Source: Toensbergia leucococca (lineage: Eukaryota). Taken from it: 64,000 nt of DNA. Positions 36,878 to 51,337 of this stretch are shown in pieces (positions within the stretch are counted from its first letter, which is position 1; each line of letters opens with the position of its first letter). Location: contig JALDZS010000012.1 in assembly GCA_022813965.1 (NCBI GenBank), forward strand, positions 62,001-126,000, in the 5' to 3' direction. The notes under the pieces were generated by a model. The model was given only the letters and a program-made list of their open reading frames with translations. It was not told where the DNA came from and made no database searches. The position numbers and the translations under genes are program-made.

Positions 36878-38018
36878 TCAAATCCCTTTAGGCATCCCCT
36901 CCCCCGGATCCACATACCCAAACGCCTCCTCCCCACACCCTACCAAATTCCCCCTCTCCTCCCACCCAACCCTCGTCTTAACCCGAAAAAATTTCCGAAA
37001 CCCCCCCATCGCAGTCTCGAACCCGCTGCCCACTGGAGCAAGCACATGCGTCGCGCAGGCGCCGGGAGCGGAATACTTGACGTAGGTGGCGTAGGTAAAG
37101 GGCGGGGTATGGGATTCGTAGAGCTGGAGTCTTTGAGCACGGGGGTGGTGGACGAAGGCGCGGGCGGTTTTGGGTGGGGGGAGGGAGGGGAAGATGGTGG
37201 GGGTTGAGGAGGTTGGGGAGGGGGATTGGGGACGGACTTTTAGGTGGTAGCGTTCGTTTTTGTTGGCGAGGAGGGAGGCGCGGGCAAGGGTTATGGAGTA
37301 AGGGAATAGGGTGCTGTCGGTGTAGATGTGGTAGCCTTCTAGGAGGTGGGTTAGTGGGATTTTTGGAAGCTTGGAAGGGGGTAAGGCTTACCGGCGTGCA
37401 TGTCAGATTTGAATTCTTCGCAGCTTTTTTCAAATGCTTCTACTGTGAGGAGGTCGTTATACAGCTGTTCATGGTGCGGGAAGGGAGCAGGTTGTTTACT
37501 CACTGCCTTTCCTAACGTTTTCCTTCCGAATGGTTTTCTTTTTAGCTTTTGCTTTGGCGGCGACTTTTGCTTGTTTCTTCATGAGATAGTCGCCTTCTTT
37601 CTTTTTGGACTGCCTCATCAGGGAGTCTTCAAGCCAGTCAAAGGTGACGATTTTCAGACCTTTAGTTTTACGGGCTTGCTGGACTGAGCGGGAGTTTAGT
37701 ATTGATTATTTTCTCTTAGAAAATAGTGGCTCCTCGGGTCCTGGATCTCTAGAGTGCATCTGAGGCTGTGTATCACAATCGCGTGCAGGAACCGGACGTG
37801 TGGTACAGGGAGTCTTAATAAGAGATTATCTACATACCCATAGTGACTGATTTCTTAAAATGCTCCCGACTGCAGACTAAATGTGTAACCTCTGTCGTGA
37901 TTTTGAAGGCGAAAGTGCCTCCAGCAGCTTCGATCCACTGCTTCATCTTCTCATGGGATCGTGACGGCCCAAAATCCCCAGTGACGGCTATGCTGCACTT
38001 CTTGAAGGGATTTTTCAT
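36878..38018 (-). CDS. BRCT + WGR-like domain protein, 5 exons
   Basis: BRCT: WIEAAGGTF...VTHLVCS...IVTFDWLEDSL. Later exons give GYHIYTD...YSITLAR...NERYHLKLYES...FRKFFRVKTRVGWEER. Stop at 36878-36880. Confidence 0.78.
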
Positions 38019-38646
38019 TTTGGCGAACTCTATAGATCCAGTCTTGGTGAGGAAATGTGAAATTTTTCGGGCGAGGGAAGGGAAGAGAAGGTAAGGTAAA
38101 TTTTTGAGGTGTATGTTGAAAATGGAACACAGCTCGTAGCTCGGTCAGAGGCTGTTGAGATAGTCTGAAAGAAACATCTAAATGTATATGCTATGCATCG
38201 GTAGATTGGATTCTAGTAATGATGGCAAGATGAGGTAACAGATTGATGAGTGCATATGGGTAAGGTGAGTGAATTGAGGTGAAAGACAATGAAACAGCCG
38301 GGCTTTCACCGAAAATTTTCACTTGAATCGTAAGACAGGTGCATATGAGAGAGAGAGATTTGGAGGCGGCTTAGCAAGAGCACGTACAAGGGAAAGGGTC
38401 TGAAAATGGATGGTAACATAATCCCTGGAGAAAGTGAAGTCGGTAGAAATAAGACGACCTTAAGTAATCATCCAATGAGGGCTAACTTGCAGTATGCAGG
38501 TAAGACCAGATGGCGTAGACTGTTGCAATGCAAATGAACAGCAAAAGAAGACAAATGTCGCACAGTCAGGATGGCGAGCCAATCTTGAGATACACCCCTT
38601 GCAACATTGAAAATTAGATCTCTCAATCTATAGCAGCAGCTTCAAG

Positions 38647-41057
38647 CTATCCTTTCAATCGTTGTGCCTTCTTTGCGGCCGTTACAAAGCTCCTGATCTT
38701 GCTCAGGCTCTGCGAACCATTATCTTCCACACCACTGCTGACATCGACAGCAGCAAGCCTACAGCCGTACCCTCGGAGCTGCTTGATGGTGTTCTCTACG
38801 TTGTCTGGAGCCAAGCCACCGGCTAGCACTATATGTAAGCCGTCATCCAAGTCCAATGCTTTTCGTACTGCTGCCAAATCCAGCGCTTTCCCAGTGCCGC
38901 CAAGGGCCGAGTCCAACAACGGGAGAGCATGAAAACCCCTTCGACCAAGGCCAGGATCTTCGGGCCCAAAACGGCGGATCACAGGTACCGGAATCAAATT
39001 TGCCCACTCTATGGGCTCAGATCCATGAAGCTGAACAACGTCTAGGCTAAGGAGCTTCTGTTGAGTAAGAACGAGGGAAAGAGACTGATTGCGGAACACC
39101 CCAACAAGGAGTGCACGGTCGGGGTGGCGCAATGAGCCGGAAGAATGATCAAAGTATTCTGTCGCTCGCGGACTTTCATCCAGACTCGCGTTTATCGTTG
39201 GATTATGCTGCCATTTCGAAGTTTCGTGTACTACTTTGGAAATAGCCAGTGCATCTTCTCGAGGTACGTAGCGTGTACGACCTTCCACAAGGATTATACC
39301 AATGAGATCCGCCCCTGCCTTGATTGCGACTTCGGCAGCTTCTGGCGTTCGAGTGCCACATATCTTTACCAAAACGCTGTTCTGATCCGACTGGCGGCCA
39401 GGTGTCTCCGAGTTCCCAAGCAGCTCATTGATGAAAGTGGTGGTATCTTCCGCTCGCATCAATGCTTCCCCAACCAAAACCGCACCAACGCCGTTATCTT
39501 TATAAGCCTTTACGTCGGCCGAGCCAGTTATGCCACTCAATGCACAGACCACGGTCTCTCTCGGCACATTTTGCATTAGACGACTTGTTGTATCAAGGTC
39601 AACTTCAAAGTTCGTCAAATTGCGATTGTTCACTCCAATCACCCGGGCCCCTAACTTCACTGCGATGTCCATTTCCTCCACTGTATTGACTTCAATAAGT
39701 GGTTCCATCTCAAGCTGTTGCGAATAGTGATATAGTCTAAATAGAGTGTCTTCGTCTAGCATCTTTACGATGAGCAATATTGTGTCAGCTCCTGCTAGTC
39801 TAGCTTCAAGAATTTGGTATTCTTCAAATATGAACTCTTTGCGTAAAACGGCAGGACGGTTTGGCATGCCTTCTAAGCTTTGCCTTACGGCACGTAAATC
39901 GTCGATGCTTCCTTTGAACCACTCTGGCTCAGTCAGCACAGATATTACACTAGCTCCAGCCAATGCATATTTTCTCGCTTGGGCAGGGGCGCACGTGGAG
40001 AGGGAGATGATGCCTTTAGAAGGGGAGGCTCTCTTGATCTCGGCCATGAGGGAAAGAGCATAAGGTGATTTCTTCAATCGGTCAGGAAAAGATATCTGGG
40101 GAGGAGATATACTCAGATCATATGATGCTTGGAGATCGGACGGCCGTTGAGAAGGTATCAGTTTCTGAGCTTCCACAGCCAGGCTCCGATGCCTATAGAT
40201 CTTCTCCAAAATTGACTCCTTCTGCGACGTCTCCGACTCTCCGGGGGAAGACATATCCATCGAAAAGGGGTCAGTGATGCCGTTTTTTATAGAAGGTGGC
40301 TTCAGTTCTCTTTCCAAAGCTTCGTTCTCCGCCCAAGTTCCACCCCTCATACTGAGAAAATTCTTTAGCATGGACCTTCCCTCGGCAGTTAGTATACTCT
40401 CAGGATGAAATTGAACACCTTCAATAACGAAAACCTTGTGACGCACGCCCATAATGATGCCCTTACCTCCATCTGGCCCATTTGCTATCCAGGAAGAGAC
40501 TTCTAGACATTCTGGTAGGCTAGTATGTGTACCCGCCAATGAATGATAGCGGGTCACTGGGAGATCTTGGGGCAGGCCTCGATAGACACCCTTCGAGTCA
40601 TGGCGTAACGGCGAGGTTTTTCCATGAAGAATCTCTCCGGTTGCTTCCACTCGGCCACCAAAGACAGAGAAGATGCATTGTCTGCACTACTGGTTAGATG
40701 GAAGAATACCCTGTAGACTCAGAGTGGATTGACTCACTCTCCCATGCACACTCCCAATACAGGTATCTTACCGCTGAATTGGCTTATGGCTTCGGAGCTT
40801 ATACCGGTGTCTACATCTGGATGACCGGGGCCTGGGCTAACTACGAGTTGTGTTGGATTCTTAGCAAGCAGCTCTTCGACAGTGACTTCATCGTTCCGGT
40901 AAACAGTAACTGCTGCCCCTTCAAGTACGAGGTACTGATAGACATTCCACGTAAAAGAGTCATAATTGTCGATCAGTATTAAGTTGGATGCACTGGGCAG
41001 TGGCAACGTAGGGTGAAGATGGTGTGGCGATTGATTAGTGAGATCGAGGCCTGGCAT
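38647..41057 (-). CDS. trpC: Trifunctional tryptophan biosynthesis protein (anthranilate synthase II / IGP synthase / PRA isomerase)
   Basis: [63 protein letters not shown]. One intron at ~40682-40737. Confidence 0.97.
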
Positions 41058-41366
41058 GGCGATTTATTCGGTGAGCACTTGGGCTTTCACATTTCAATTG
41101 AATCTTTCTAGAAACATCTCACTCACGATGTCATTGCAATGAGTATATTCTCATTGTGAAGCCTGTGAAGTAGACAGTACGGTATTGAAAGTTTGCAGTA
41201 GTGTAACTCCGTACATCGACTGGCATGCACCCCTGCACGTCGAAGGTAATCCCTTTCCCCTCAATCCCGGCGCGTCAAGCTATATAATAAGTTACGGATA
41301 CCTAACCACACATTTTCCAAACAACACCTATCAGACAATCTTTCTCACCGCTGTCCAGAGGCCTTG

Positions 41367-44300
41367 ATGGCACCTCTAGGAGAGTCTCTCTACTTCCCAC
41401 CTCTTGATAAATGCTTCAATGGCGAGTTTCAACTACTGTAAGCGTCTTTGCAATATCAGTACTCATCTGTGCTAATAGGCACCACAGGTCCTGGAAAACA
41501 ACTTTTAACGGCCTTTCGCAGCTTGATATAAACGAAAATAAGCCCTTGAGACAGCACCTTACTGATCCGCGCACTCTCGAGCTGCTTACCCAAGTTTTTG
41601 CGCCTTGTCCTGTCTCCACACCTCAGACAAAATCGAGCTTCGAAACAAAGACCTCTGCCATCAACATCACCCCGTCAGCTCACGGTCAATATGATATAAA
41701 ACAAACTCAGGATGACAGCCTATGGCTTGCCGACGAAGCAGGTATTGATGAGCTATCTGCTCTCCGAATTGTCGTGCTTGAATGGCAGACAAGACCCGCC
41801 ACGCAGTTGCTACAAAGCGATGTAGATGATGAGATTGTGGCCTTTGAGCGCACCATTGGAAGTAACGCTTTGGATGCATCTCTACCCAGTCTCCATTCTT
41901 CGATCCTCTCTGGACCTCGACCACCCGAAGAGGGGCTTGCAAGCCACTTTGGTAGCTCTGAAGCACGGCGACTCAGATTGTTAAGAATATATTTTTCCGA
42001 ACGGCGATATATCCTCAAGACTTGCGAATATATCATTTTCAATGCTTTATGCGAAATTGACTTCCAGTCCGAAAATGACGCCTCATGTACGGGACGAAAG
42101 GGCAAATCAGTGATGAGATCCGATTGGGTTGAAAAGATTGGAAGAAGTATCTTGGAAGCCTGGAATGTTCATGGCGTATCCCGTGAAAGTGGCAGAAACT
42201 GCATTATCGATGCTGTGGACGCACTACAGTCTAGATTAGATGCGATGGAGAGAGGTAGCGAATGCTTCAAAGATGAAGGATACCGAGAGGACGTCGAAAA
42301 CGCTTGGGCTAGAAATCAGATAGTGGAGATCATACACATCATGCAGACGATCTTAATCCTACTTGAATCATCTGTGAAGCTTACCAGATCCGATGTGATT
42401 CTTTCATGGTTCCGATTCATGAGCGGGTACTGCTTCTTCGAGAAACTTGAGCTGGTATGTCTTATCGCGAAAACCATCAGCGACGATGTGACTAACAGCA
42501 GTCTTAGCTAAATGAGAGTATTCGCAGTACTTATAGCCTACCACTTCAATCACTTGTTGCGCTCAATTCACTTGCTGTGCTCAATATTTCTTCAGCCCTC
42601 GACAAGTTGTCAGAAGTCTCAACCGCTGGGGCATCGGCAGCAGAATCCGGAGATAATGCACCTTACCTTCTCAACCCAGCAGGAGTCACAGAAATTAACG
42701 AAATACTCCTTGCTGCTGCGGCAGGCTTCCTGACCAACTCCAGTCCTGCAGTTCTCGCGTGGGCAATCATTTTACAGACTTTGAGGGAGTACGCTTCTTT
42801 CTCCAAAGAAACAAGGGAGCTCCGGCAATCGCAGCGGGCGGCCGATACATTCGGTGTAGGAGATTCGTCTGATAGCGAAAGCATCGGGCGACCCCCCACA
42901 AGGAATGCCACTTCACCGTTACAACGGCCTTCGACAGGCAGCGATACGTCGCAACAGTCATCTTTTCTAGAGGAGATGCTCGAAAGAGTTATGCACACAA
43001 CCCTAGATGAAGATCCCATTGGTTACTTGGCCAGAAGTGCTGTGGACGGAAGTCATGTCTTTGACATTCTCATAAATATATCAACGAAGTATTGCACCCC
43101 CTTTGGCTCTGACCATGATGGCAAGTCCGGATTGAAGATGCGCATAGTACTTCTTGATCTAATACGTGCTGTTCTGGAGAGGGTCGATTACCTACCACAG
43201 TCAATCCTAGCGTCGTTAGCAGTATTGACAGGAAATGAACGCCACTGGGATGTGCTCGACCGTCCCGCAGAATTCAGAGATGCCGAACCGGCAGCCATTT
43301 TTCTCAATGACGAGTTTCTCATGCAAAAGATGTTTGAGAATGCTCTAAGTCGCTTTCCGTATGAAAGTCTCCCCTTCTTAAAGCTTTGTCGGGCGCTGGC
43401 CGTCTACAGAGCAGTTCCAAATGAGGAAACACCCACACTTTTGTCAATTCTTCGAAACATTGATTCTCTTACATGTGTTCTGCCCCATAACTTTGTGGCC
43501 TACGAGATCATCCAGGAGGATGAAGACAATAATATAATCCAGCTCACGGATAGCCTCAACTTCCTCGATCATGTTGTGAAACTACACTTAGGTTCTATGA
43601 AAACATCAAAGCAAGCGGCACTTGCCCTGTCGCCTTACAATGGTAATGAAAACTCATGGGAACTGTCAAAAGGTACCGTCGGCCGAGTTTTGTCTGAGTC
43701 GAGACCGCTTGTAGTGAGGTGGAAATATGAATACTCTGGCCTGACTTACCTTGGTAAAATCATGCAACATGCGTTAACAAAGGATGATTCTCTGTTAGAT
43801 GGTATGGGTGCCATGAGTTCAAGGGAGACTGTAACAGAGATTGTTGGTCTTATCACTACAATGCTTTTATCTTCTCTTGAGTACACGTCACTTAGTCAAC
43901 CGTCCGTGGAAGCTCAAGACAGAGCGAGAGCGATACTTGAAGAAGCCAGTGACGGCCTAAGCCGTAATCAAGACATTATTTCGGTCATCTTTGAAATCTT
44001 CGAAGACGAGCTACACCGGCGTCAGATAGTATCTGAGGATGGATCGCTAGATCTACTCGTGCAATGCATTCAATTTACCCACGCACTACTACCCATTGTG
44101 CCTGGACGAGTTTGGCCATTTCTGGGAAGGAGCAGCCTGCTAGGGATTGATGGAGGGGAAAGTAGGCTGAAAGCTATCATCGCATCGACTGAGATGGTTC
44201 TAGGGCGTTACGACTTCTTACTGGGCTGTGTTCACGTCCTTGACGCACTCGTTGAGGATGCAGTTACTCACTCCATTTCTCGCAGAGTCCCTGCACAGGC

Positions 44301-47181
44301 TACAACACGCTTCACCAAGTCAAATTCCTCGGGTGCTGGAATATCAGATACTGCTCTGAAAAAGGTCCTCTTGAATCTTACACGGACGATGGTTGACGTT
44401 TTCGAAAGTACGATGAATTGGAAATTTACTATTCAAGAAGAACGACTCGAAATCAACACTCAAGTTTGCTCAATTTTTCAGAAAATTATTAGCTACTCCT
44501 TTGAAGTAGACGACAGCCCGACCAACGCCCAAAAACTTATTGCACACCTAGCACCTACCGCAGATTATCTCGTCGATGTATTCCTATCAAGATCAACTGG
44601 TGATCTGACTATAAATCCGATTGTCCATATCTTCCTCGAAGGTGTTACCACTCCGAACACTACCCTATCCACCCGAGGCCTAAAGTATTGGACCGCTCAA
44701 GTTAGAGCTGTCATAAATCTTAGTACTGAGCTGGTTCGAGTTAGCAAATATCTCCAATATCCGCCTGCGCGTTTGGAGGAGCAGCTCTTCAAGGCTGCCC
44801 CTGTACTAGCTAAAGTCTACGCCGCTCATGAGAGCTACAGATTGCCAGTCATCAGTCTGTTCGAGTCTCTAATTCGCTGCGCGGGCGCTAGTGACCAACA
44901 GCCTCCATCTCTTCTCGGTCACCTAGGTCAAAAGACGGCTAGGAATTTCCTAGAAGTTCTTTCAACGCTTGGTAAACCTATCGTCGAAGAGCATTTGTTG
45001 ATCGGTATATGGAGACTATTATCTGCAGCAGTAAGCAAACGTCAGCAGTGGTTTGCTATCTTTATCCTCACTGGCAATACACCCCGAGAGTCTTTTAAAG
45101 ATAAGAAGACAATATCTACAAACCTTAAGCGGGCCGAGCCATTATTCACCCTCGCTTTAGACGCCTTGTCAGATATAGAACGACTCCAGCCAAAGCAAGC
45201 TCTCGCTATGCTTGAATTCGTTGGGCTTGCTGCAGATTTCTGGCCCTGGATCATGACCAACGTAGAAAAACATCCAACTTTCCTGAATGCGATGACGGGC
45301 TTTGTTGCGCAGTTAGGATCAAGTTCTAGCACCGAGATGTCAAGGCTTCTAAGAACAGACTATGACAAAATCCAAATGACTTCCTTCATTGCGGACATTC
45401 TTGCAATGTACAATCACCACATTCAACAGTCGGGCAATACTTCATACGCCAAGAAATTATTGCCGAGTCTCAAGTTTTTCACGCAACATGGCGTTGCCGT
45501 GCCGACTTATAATGCGTCCCTTCATGGTAATTTGCGCAAAAATTTCGAATCCAAGTTCTCAAGTTGCAGTCTCACAAACCTCAAAAGAACGGCAGTCGAG
45601 CGGCCACTCCTGGGGGATTCCTTCTATTTCCATCTCGAGATTGCAGACAAAATGCTACGTTTTGATTCCACCTGGGCTGGAAACCCAGGTCAGGACTTCA
45701 ACGAGGAGTTTCGAAGGGCTAACGTCAACTTGTCGGTCGTTGAATCTCAAGTGGTTAGTTCGTTTATTGTTGTAATGCCTTTGGAACCATCGCTAATCAG
45801 TGATTAGGCCCTTCTCCAAAGTTGGAAGTTTCTAGCAAATGAATTAAGTCTAGTCCTAGCTCCAGACTCTGACTTTCAAAAAACCATGGCCCGGGTTGTC
45901 ATAGACTGTCTGAGGTCAAACGTTGAGAACAGTCTACCAGATACCATCTTCAACAGACTAGCGCAGTCACGGGCAGACTTAGCATTCACGCTTCTGCAAC
46001 GACTGATTGAGGTCCATGCCTTGCATGCCGAAGTCAAGAGTATCTTACCAATCGCTTGGAACGCTGCGCGCAGTCAATGTGCGACTCTTGAGTCTGGCCT
46101 CCTGAGTGATAGCGCTGAGTATTACCGAACCCTTATTAAGATTCTCTACCTAGCTCTCCAGGCTCATGTATCGAATTCTACATCGCAACTTTCAGAACAG
46201 TCAAGGCCAAGTGAAACGGAGTCACAGTCTGAGACCAACCAGATAGTCCTCGAGGTCATAAGGGTTGTAGTTGCGCAAGGGTTTCGCTCCTTGACTGCAA
46301 CTCTACACGACGATCCCTCTCGTCAACTGTCGGCAGATTTTGCTTTAATCACCGCGATTCTCCGTACAGCTCTCCGCATACCTAGTATTGATAGAAACAC
46401 TTCACAACTACTTTCTCTGTTCTCAGATAACAGCACCGCTCGATATGCGAGTACATTGCTCTCGTGGTCAGACCAGCTTACTATGGACCACGATCCCATA
46501 TATGGCGAGCTGAGTATTTTGTTTCTTCTCGAGATGTCCACAATTCCTGCTTTGGCAGAGTCGCTGGCAGTTGAGGGCATTTTGGCACGCATTTCAAACA
46601 CGAACCTCATAAGCTATTTCCGCCGAGGAAGAGGCATCGGGCCCTTTGATAACCCAAGAAGAATGTACAGCATTTGGTCTCGTGGCATTCTGCCACTTTT
46701 CCTCAATTTATTAGATGCTATCGGTGCGCCAATGGCAGCTGAGATGGCGTCAGCTTTGAATGACTTCCCTAATCAATTGAGTCGTGCAGGGAGCACCTTT
46801 GACAGTAAACGCAGGCCATCACCAGAAGACGTAACGGCTGGGTGTATCACCCTCAGTGTGGGGTCAGAAGCTCAGTCACTCTCGATTTTAGCCACGATAC
46901 TCGACACATGTCGAAAAGCAGGGGCTAGTGCTGGAGTTGTTGCGACCGAGATTGCAGAGCTTGCTTGGGATAGGAACCGGGTGAGGGAAGATGTACAAAA
47001 ATGGATGTCGCGAAGAACAGCACTGAGAGACCGAATTGTGCCTATGAATGAAAGGGAAGAAGCATGGGCGCACCAGACACCATTACACGCAGGGAGCGGG
47101 GCGGAAAGTCGGCTGGAAGAGAAGGTGGTGGAAGAGCTGAATGCAGTTCTCATGATACTGAATAATGACAGCGAAGCTTGA
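41367..47181 (+). CDS. NUP188: Nucleoporin Nup188
   Basis: About 1900 aa after removing 3 introns. MAPLGESLYFPPLDKC, IDELSALRIVVLEWQTRP, QQWFAI..LTG, ANVNLSVVESQ, WSRGILPL resemble fungal Nup184/188. Confidence 0.85.
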
Positions 47182-47836
47182 CTGGAGCCTTTATTCCCCA
47201 CGGTTAATATGGCGTAACGGTCCAATGAATGGTTACTGGCGTACCTGATGGCGATGAGCTTCATATTCGAGGGAAGAGGGAGGAGGGAAGAGGGAGGGAA
47301 GAGTAAGATATGAATAACATTTAGATGCTCGTAGCGATTTACGAAGCATACAGCCATGTCAATAAAAATTAGCTTTTTGCTCAGCAGGCTTGAGTCTTCA
47401 TTGACATGTGCAAAGCATAAGACGATGGAAATGCCAGCTGCCTGAGGTACCTATCTTCGTATCAAGCCAAGCTGATCTCTCGAGTCTCCCCAGTCTCATG
47501 CAGCTTTACTTTAAGCGATTGCGCCACATGTCTGTATGAGGACTAGGCTACCCGGAATCTCCTATCTAGCTCGAGCTAGGCTGTTCTGGGAGAGGCTTTC
47601 GGAAATCTTGAAATTCGTCTTCGAAGTTCTAGTTGTCATCAATTATTTAGTCAATCGTTCTTCACTGTAGCCTTCCGACAATCCTTTAATCTTCTGGACC
47701 TAGATCAGACGGCTCGACTCGTCCAGCATGCTCTCATGAGACTCACCGCTTGGCCTACAACTTCCAGATACTCCACCGTTTGGAGGGCTGAAACTCCTGT
47801 AGTGAGCCCCCACAGAAATACTCACATTCATCCACC

Positions 47837-49033
47837 ATGGCATTGCCGAGAGCCTTACGGCGTACGAATCCCATGACCCTCGTTCTCGCTGCCTTACTGT
47901 CTCTTGGATTCCTCTTCTTCCTTCTCTCTCCTTCGTCAGAGAATCCCTCTACCTCGGCAGCCAAAAGGAAACACAATTCGGCAGCCTCGAACCCACTTTC
48001 ACCCCCTACCTCACCTTTTGTAAAACAAGTCGCCCAGCCAAACGGCCAACGCGTCCCGCCTCCAGTAGTACACTATCACTTGAACAATTTAACAACAACA
48101 ATCGACCCCGTTGCCAATCAAGAGACAGTCTTGATCCTCACCCCTCTCTCGCGTTTCTATCAGGGCTATTGGGATAATCTTCTGTCCCTCTCCTATCCGC
48201 ACTCACTCATTGCTCTCGGCTTCATTATTCCTAAGACTCGTGAAGGTAGCGCCGCAACCGCCGCCCTCCAAGCTGCCATCACAATTACTCAATCAGGCCC
48301 CGAAGACAAACGATTTGCCAGCATCACAATATTACGTCAAGATTTTGATCCACCTATATCATCGCAAGATGCAGCTGAAAGACATAAGTTGGAAAACCAG
48401 CGAGCAAGGCGTTCGGCCATGTCCCGAGCTCGGAACTCCTTGGTCTTTACTACTATTGGACCCTCCACATCCTGGGTCCTCTGGCTGGACGCCGATATAG
48501 TGGAAACGCCCCCAACTCTGATACAGGACCTGGCTTCTCATGACAAACCAGTCATCGTTCCGAATTGCTTCCAGCGCTATAAAGACGATAAGGGGAACCC
48601 AAACGTACGGCCTTACGATTACAATTCCTGGCAAGACAGCGCCGTTGCTGCGCAGATAGCCTCGAAGATGGGTCCCGAAGAAATCATCGTCGAAGGATAC
48701 GCGGAAATAGCGACTTACAGAACTTTGATGGCGATGCTGGCAGATACGAGTGAGGACCGGGATCAAAGGAAAATTATACCACTGGATGGAGTGGGGGGGA
48801 CGGCGCTATTGGTCAAGGCTGAAGTGCATAGAGATGGAGCGATGTTCCCGCCGTTCGCTTTCTATCATTTGATGGAAACTGAAGGTTTTGCAAAGATGGC
48901 AAGGCGACTCGGATGGGGGTGTTGGGGGTTGCCAAATTATCTCGTAAGTTTCATACCTCTCCTAGCATGCACATGAAAAACTCATACACAAACTCTAACA
49001 ATACAATGAAAGGTATATCATTACAACGAGTAG
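47837..49033 (+). CDS. MNN9: Mannan polymerase complex subunit Mnn9 (GT62/Anp1 family)
   Basis: Type II membrane anchor; WVLWLDADIVE, PYDYNSW, LDGVGGT, ETEGFAKMA. Final exon 49013-49033 encodes VYHYNE*. Confidence 0.93.
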
Positions 49034-49657
49034 GATCCCCTTTTGCATTCGGCGGGTCGTTTGGTACACGGAATTATTTCCCTTCGTCTCGCGATGTTGT
49101 TTTCTGTGCCTTCAAGGCGATGTATATATGTACTGGGCATGCATGAGTCATGGCGTTTGGGGGCATCCTGAATATCCACATTATCAACGGGTTCCAGCAT
49201 GACTCTGGAGGAACATAAGAGCAAGACTATTTTCGAGATCTAGGGGCATCATACAGGTACTCAAATGAGAGGCATACACTACTAGTATGAAGCAACCAGT
49301 GACTAGAGCAAGTGAAAATGCTCTCGTGAAATTTGATCTTGTCGACGGTCATCTTAGTCAAAGTTGAACTTTTTGAGAGCAAGGCACTGGCTACCTTTTC
49401 GTTGGGAGCGCTTTTTGAGACCTTAAACTTACCAGGCTATGTAGTTCTCTTGGAACCTTGTGATCTGTTTTCTTGATGATATGGCGTGGATTGAAATAAC
49501 AAAGAAAGGAAGCCCTCTGTAAAGCCCCTGGATTTTTAGGACATCATGTGATATGGAGGCAAATTTTAGGGTTGACTACGAAGTACTCGTAGTATTATAC
49601 TATTTGTTCATGACTTACCTACCCACTGCAACACCTGTTAGATGACCACAATTCAAC

Positions 49658-51337
49658 ATGACTAATACTGTACCTATAGCTGTGAGGCAGGCTCTGAGGC
49701 TTTGCTCAAGACGGCCGTCATCGTCGCACGCTTTACTCAGAAATTCGCCTCGTTATCATCCTACCTTGAGTTCCGGTGCAGGTGGAGCATTACGACGCTC
49801 CTATGTTTCTGAAACGAAGTCGGATAAAGCTCAGGTCAGCGTCGATACTACCATCAAGGCAGACCATAATGCTTTCGTAGCGCAGACCGGAACTCTACCA
49901 GAAAATGTAAGGATACCAGGGACAGGAATGTCTGCAGATATTATGATGAGTCCAGCCGCAGGCATTCTCAAGCAAGCTACTATCATGGACGAAGGTACAC
50001 GACCTATCTACCTCGACATGCAAGCCACCACCCCTACGGATCCCAGAGTCTTAGACGCCATGCTTCCCTTCTTTACTGGACTCTACGGAAATCCTCATTC
50101 AAGGACCCATGCGTATGGATGGGAGACGGAGAAGGCAACAGAGCAAGCTAGAGCACACGTGGCTGACCTGATTGGCGCTGATCCCAAAGAAATCATCTTT
50201 ACCAGTGGAGCCACAGAAAGCAACAACATGAGTGTGAAGGGGGTGGCAAGATTCTTCGGACGATCGGGAAAGAAAAAGCATATTATCACCAGTCAAACAG
50301 AGCATAAGTGTGTACTTGATAGCTGTAGGCATCTACAGGATGAGGGGTTCGAAGTAACCTACCTACCAGTACAACACAATGGACTAGTAGATCTGAAAGA
50401 GCTGGAGGCTGCGATTCGCCCTGATACGGCATTAGTGAGTATCATGACAGTCAATAACGAGATTGGTGTGATCCAGCCAATGGAGGAGATAGGAAAGCTT
50501 TGCAGGTCCAGGAAGGTGTTTTTCCATACAGATGGAGCGCAGGCAGTGGGGAAGATGCCAATCGATGTCAATCAATGGAATGTAGATTTAATGTCAATCT
50601 CGGCACACAAGATATACGGGCCGAAAGGCATCGGTGCCTGCTACGTTCGAAGACGGCCTCGAGTCCGAATCGATCCCATCATCAGCGGTGGAGGCCAGGA
50701 AAGAGGTTTAAGGAGTGGTACTCTTGCGCCACCACTGGTAGTTGGTTTTGGAGAGGCCTGCCGTATAGCAAAGCAAGAAATGGCAGTAGGTTCTTCCCGT
50801 CACTCCTTCTTCCTTCATTTAGCTTCACAGTTCCTCTTCAGATTGTTGCTCGTCACCATTACGAAACCTCAGCGTACAGAATGTCCAAATATTCGCTAAT
50901 CTTGTTCTCACTAGTATGACTCCAAGAGGATACAAACCCTCTCGAATCGTCTTCTCAAAGGCCTGCTCTCTCTCGAACACACGTCGCAGAATGGCGACCC
51001 AGATCGCTTCTACCCCGGTTGCGTAAACGTATCATTTGCCTACGTTGAAGGCGAGTCTTTGTTGATGGCGCTTAAAGATATCGCACTATCGTCAGGAAGT
51101 GCGTGTACTTCAGCATCACTTGAACCCAGCTACGTTCTTAGAGCGCTAGGAAATAGTGATGAGAGTGCTCACAGCAGTATTCGGTTTGGTATTGGAAGAT
51201 TTACGACGGAGAGTGAGATTGATTATGTGCTCAAGGCAGTGACTGAAAGGGTCAGCTTTTTAAGGGAGCTCAGTCCGCTGTGGGAGCTGGTACAGGAGGG
51301 CGTTGCTCTGGATAGCATCGAGTGGAGCCAGCATTAG
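49658..51337 (+). CDS. NFS1: Mitochondrial cysteine desulfurase
   Basis: [29 protein letters not shown] (PLP Lys), SSGSACTS (catalytic Cys). Intron 50786-50914. Confidence 0.97.

Noticed and set aside
49575..49593. 7-bp inverted repeat before NFS1
   Set aside because: Too short to be distinguished from chance in 64 kb.
50786..50914. Longer-than-usual NFS1 intron as a snoRNA host
   Set aside because: No clear C/D or H/ACA box arrangement seen.
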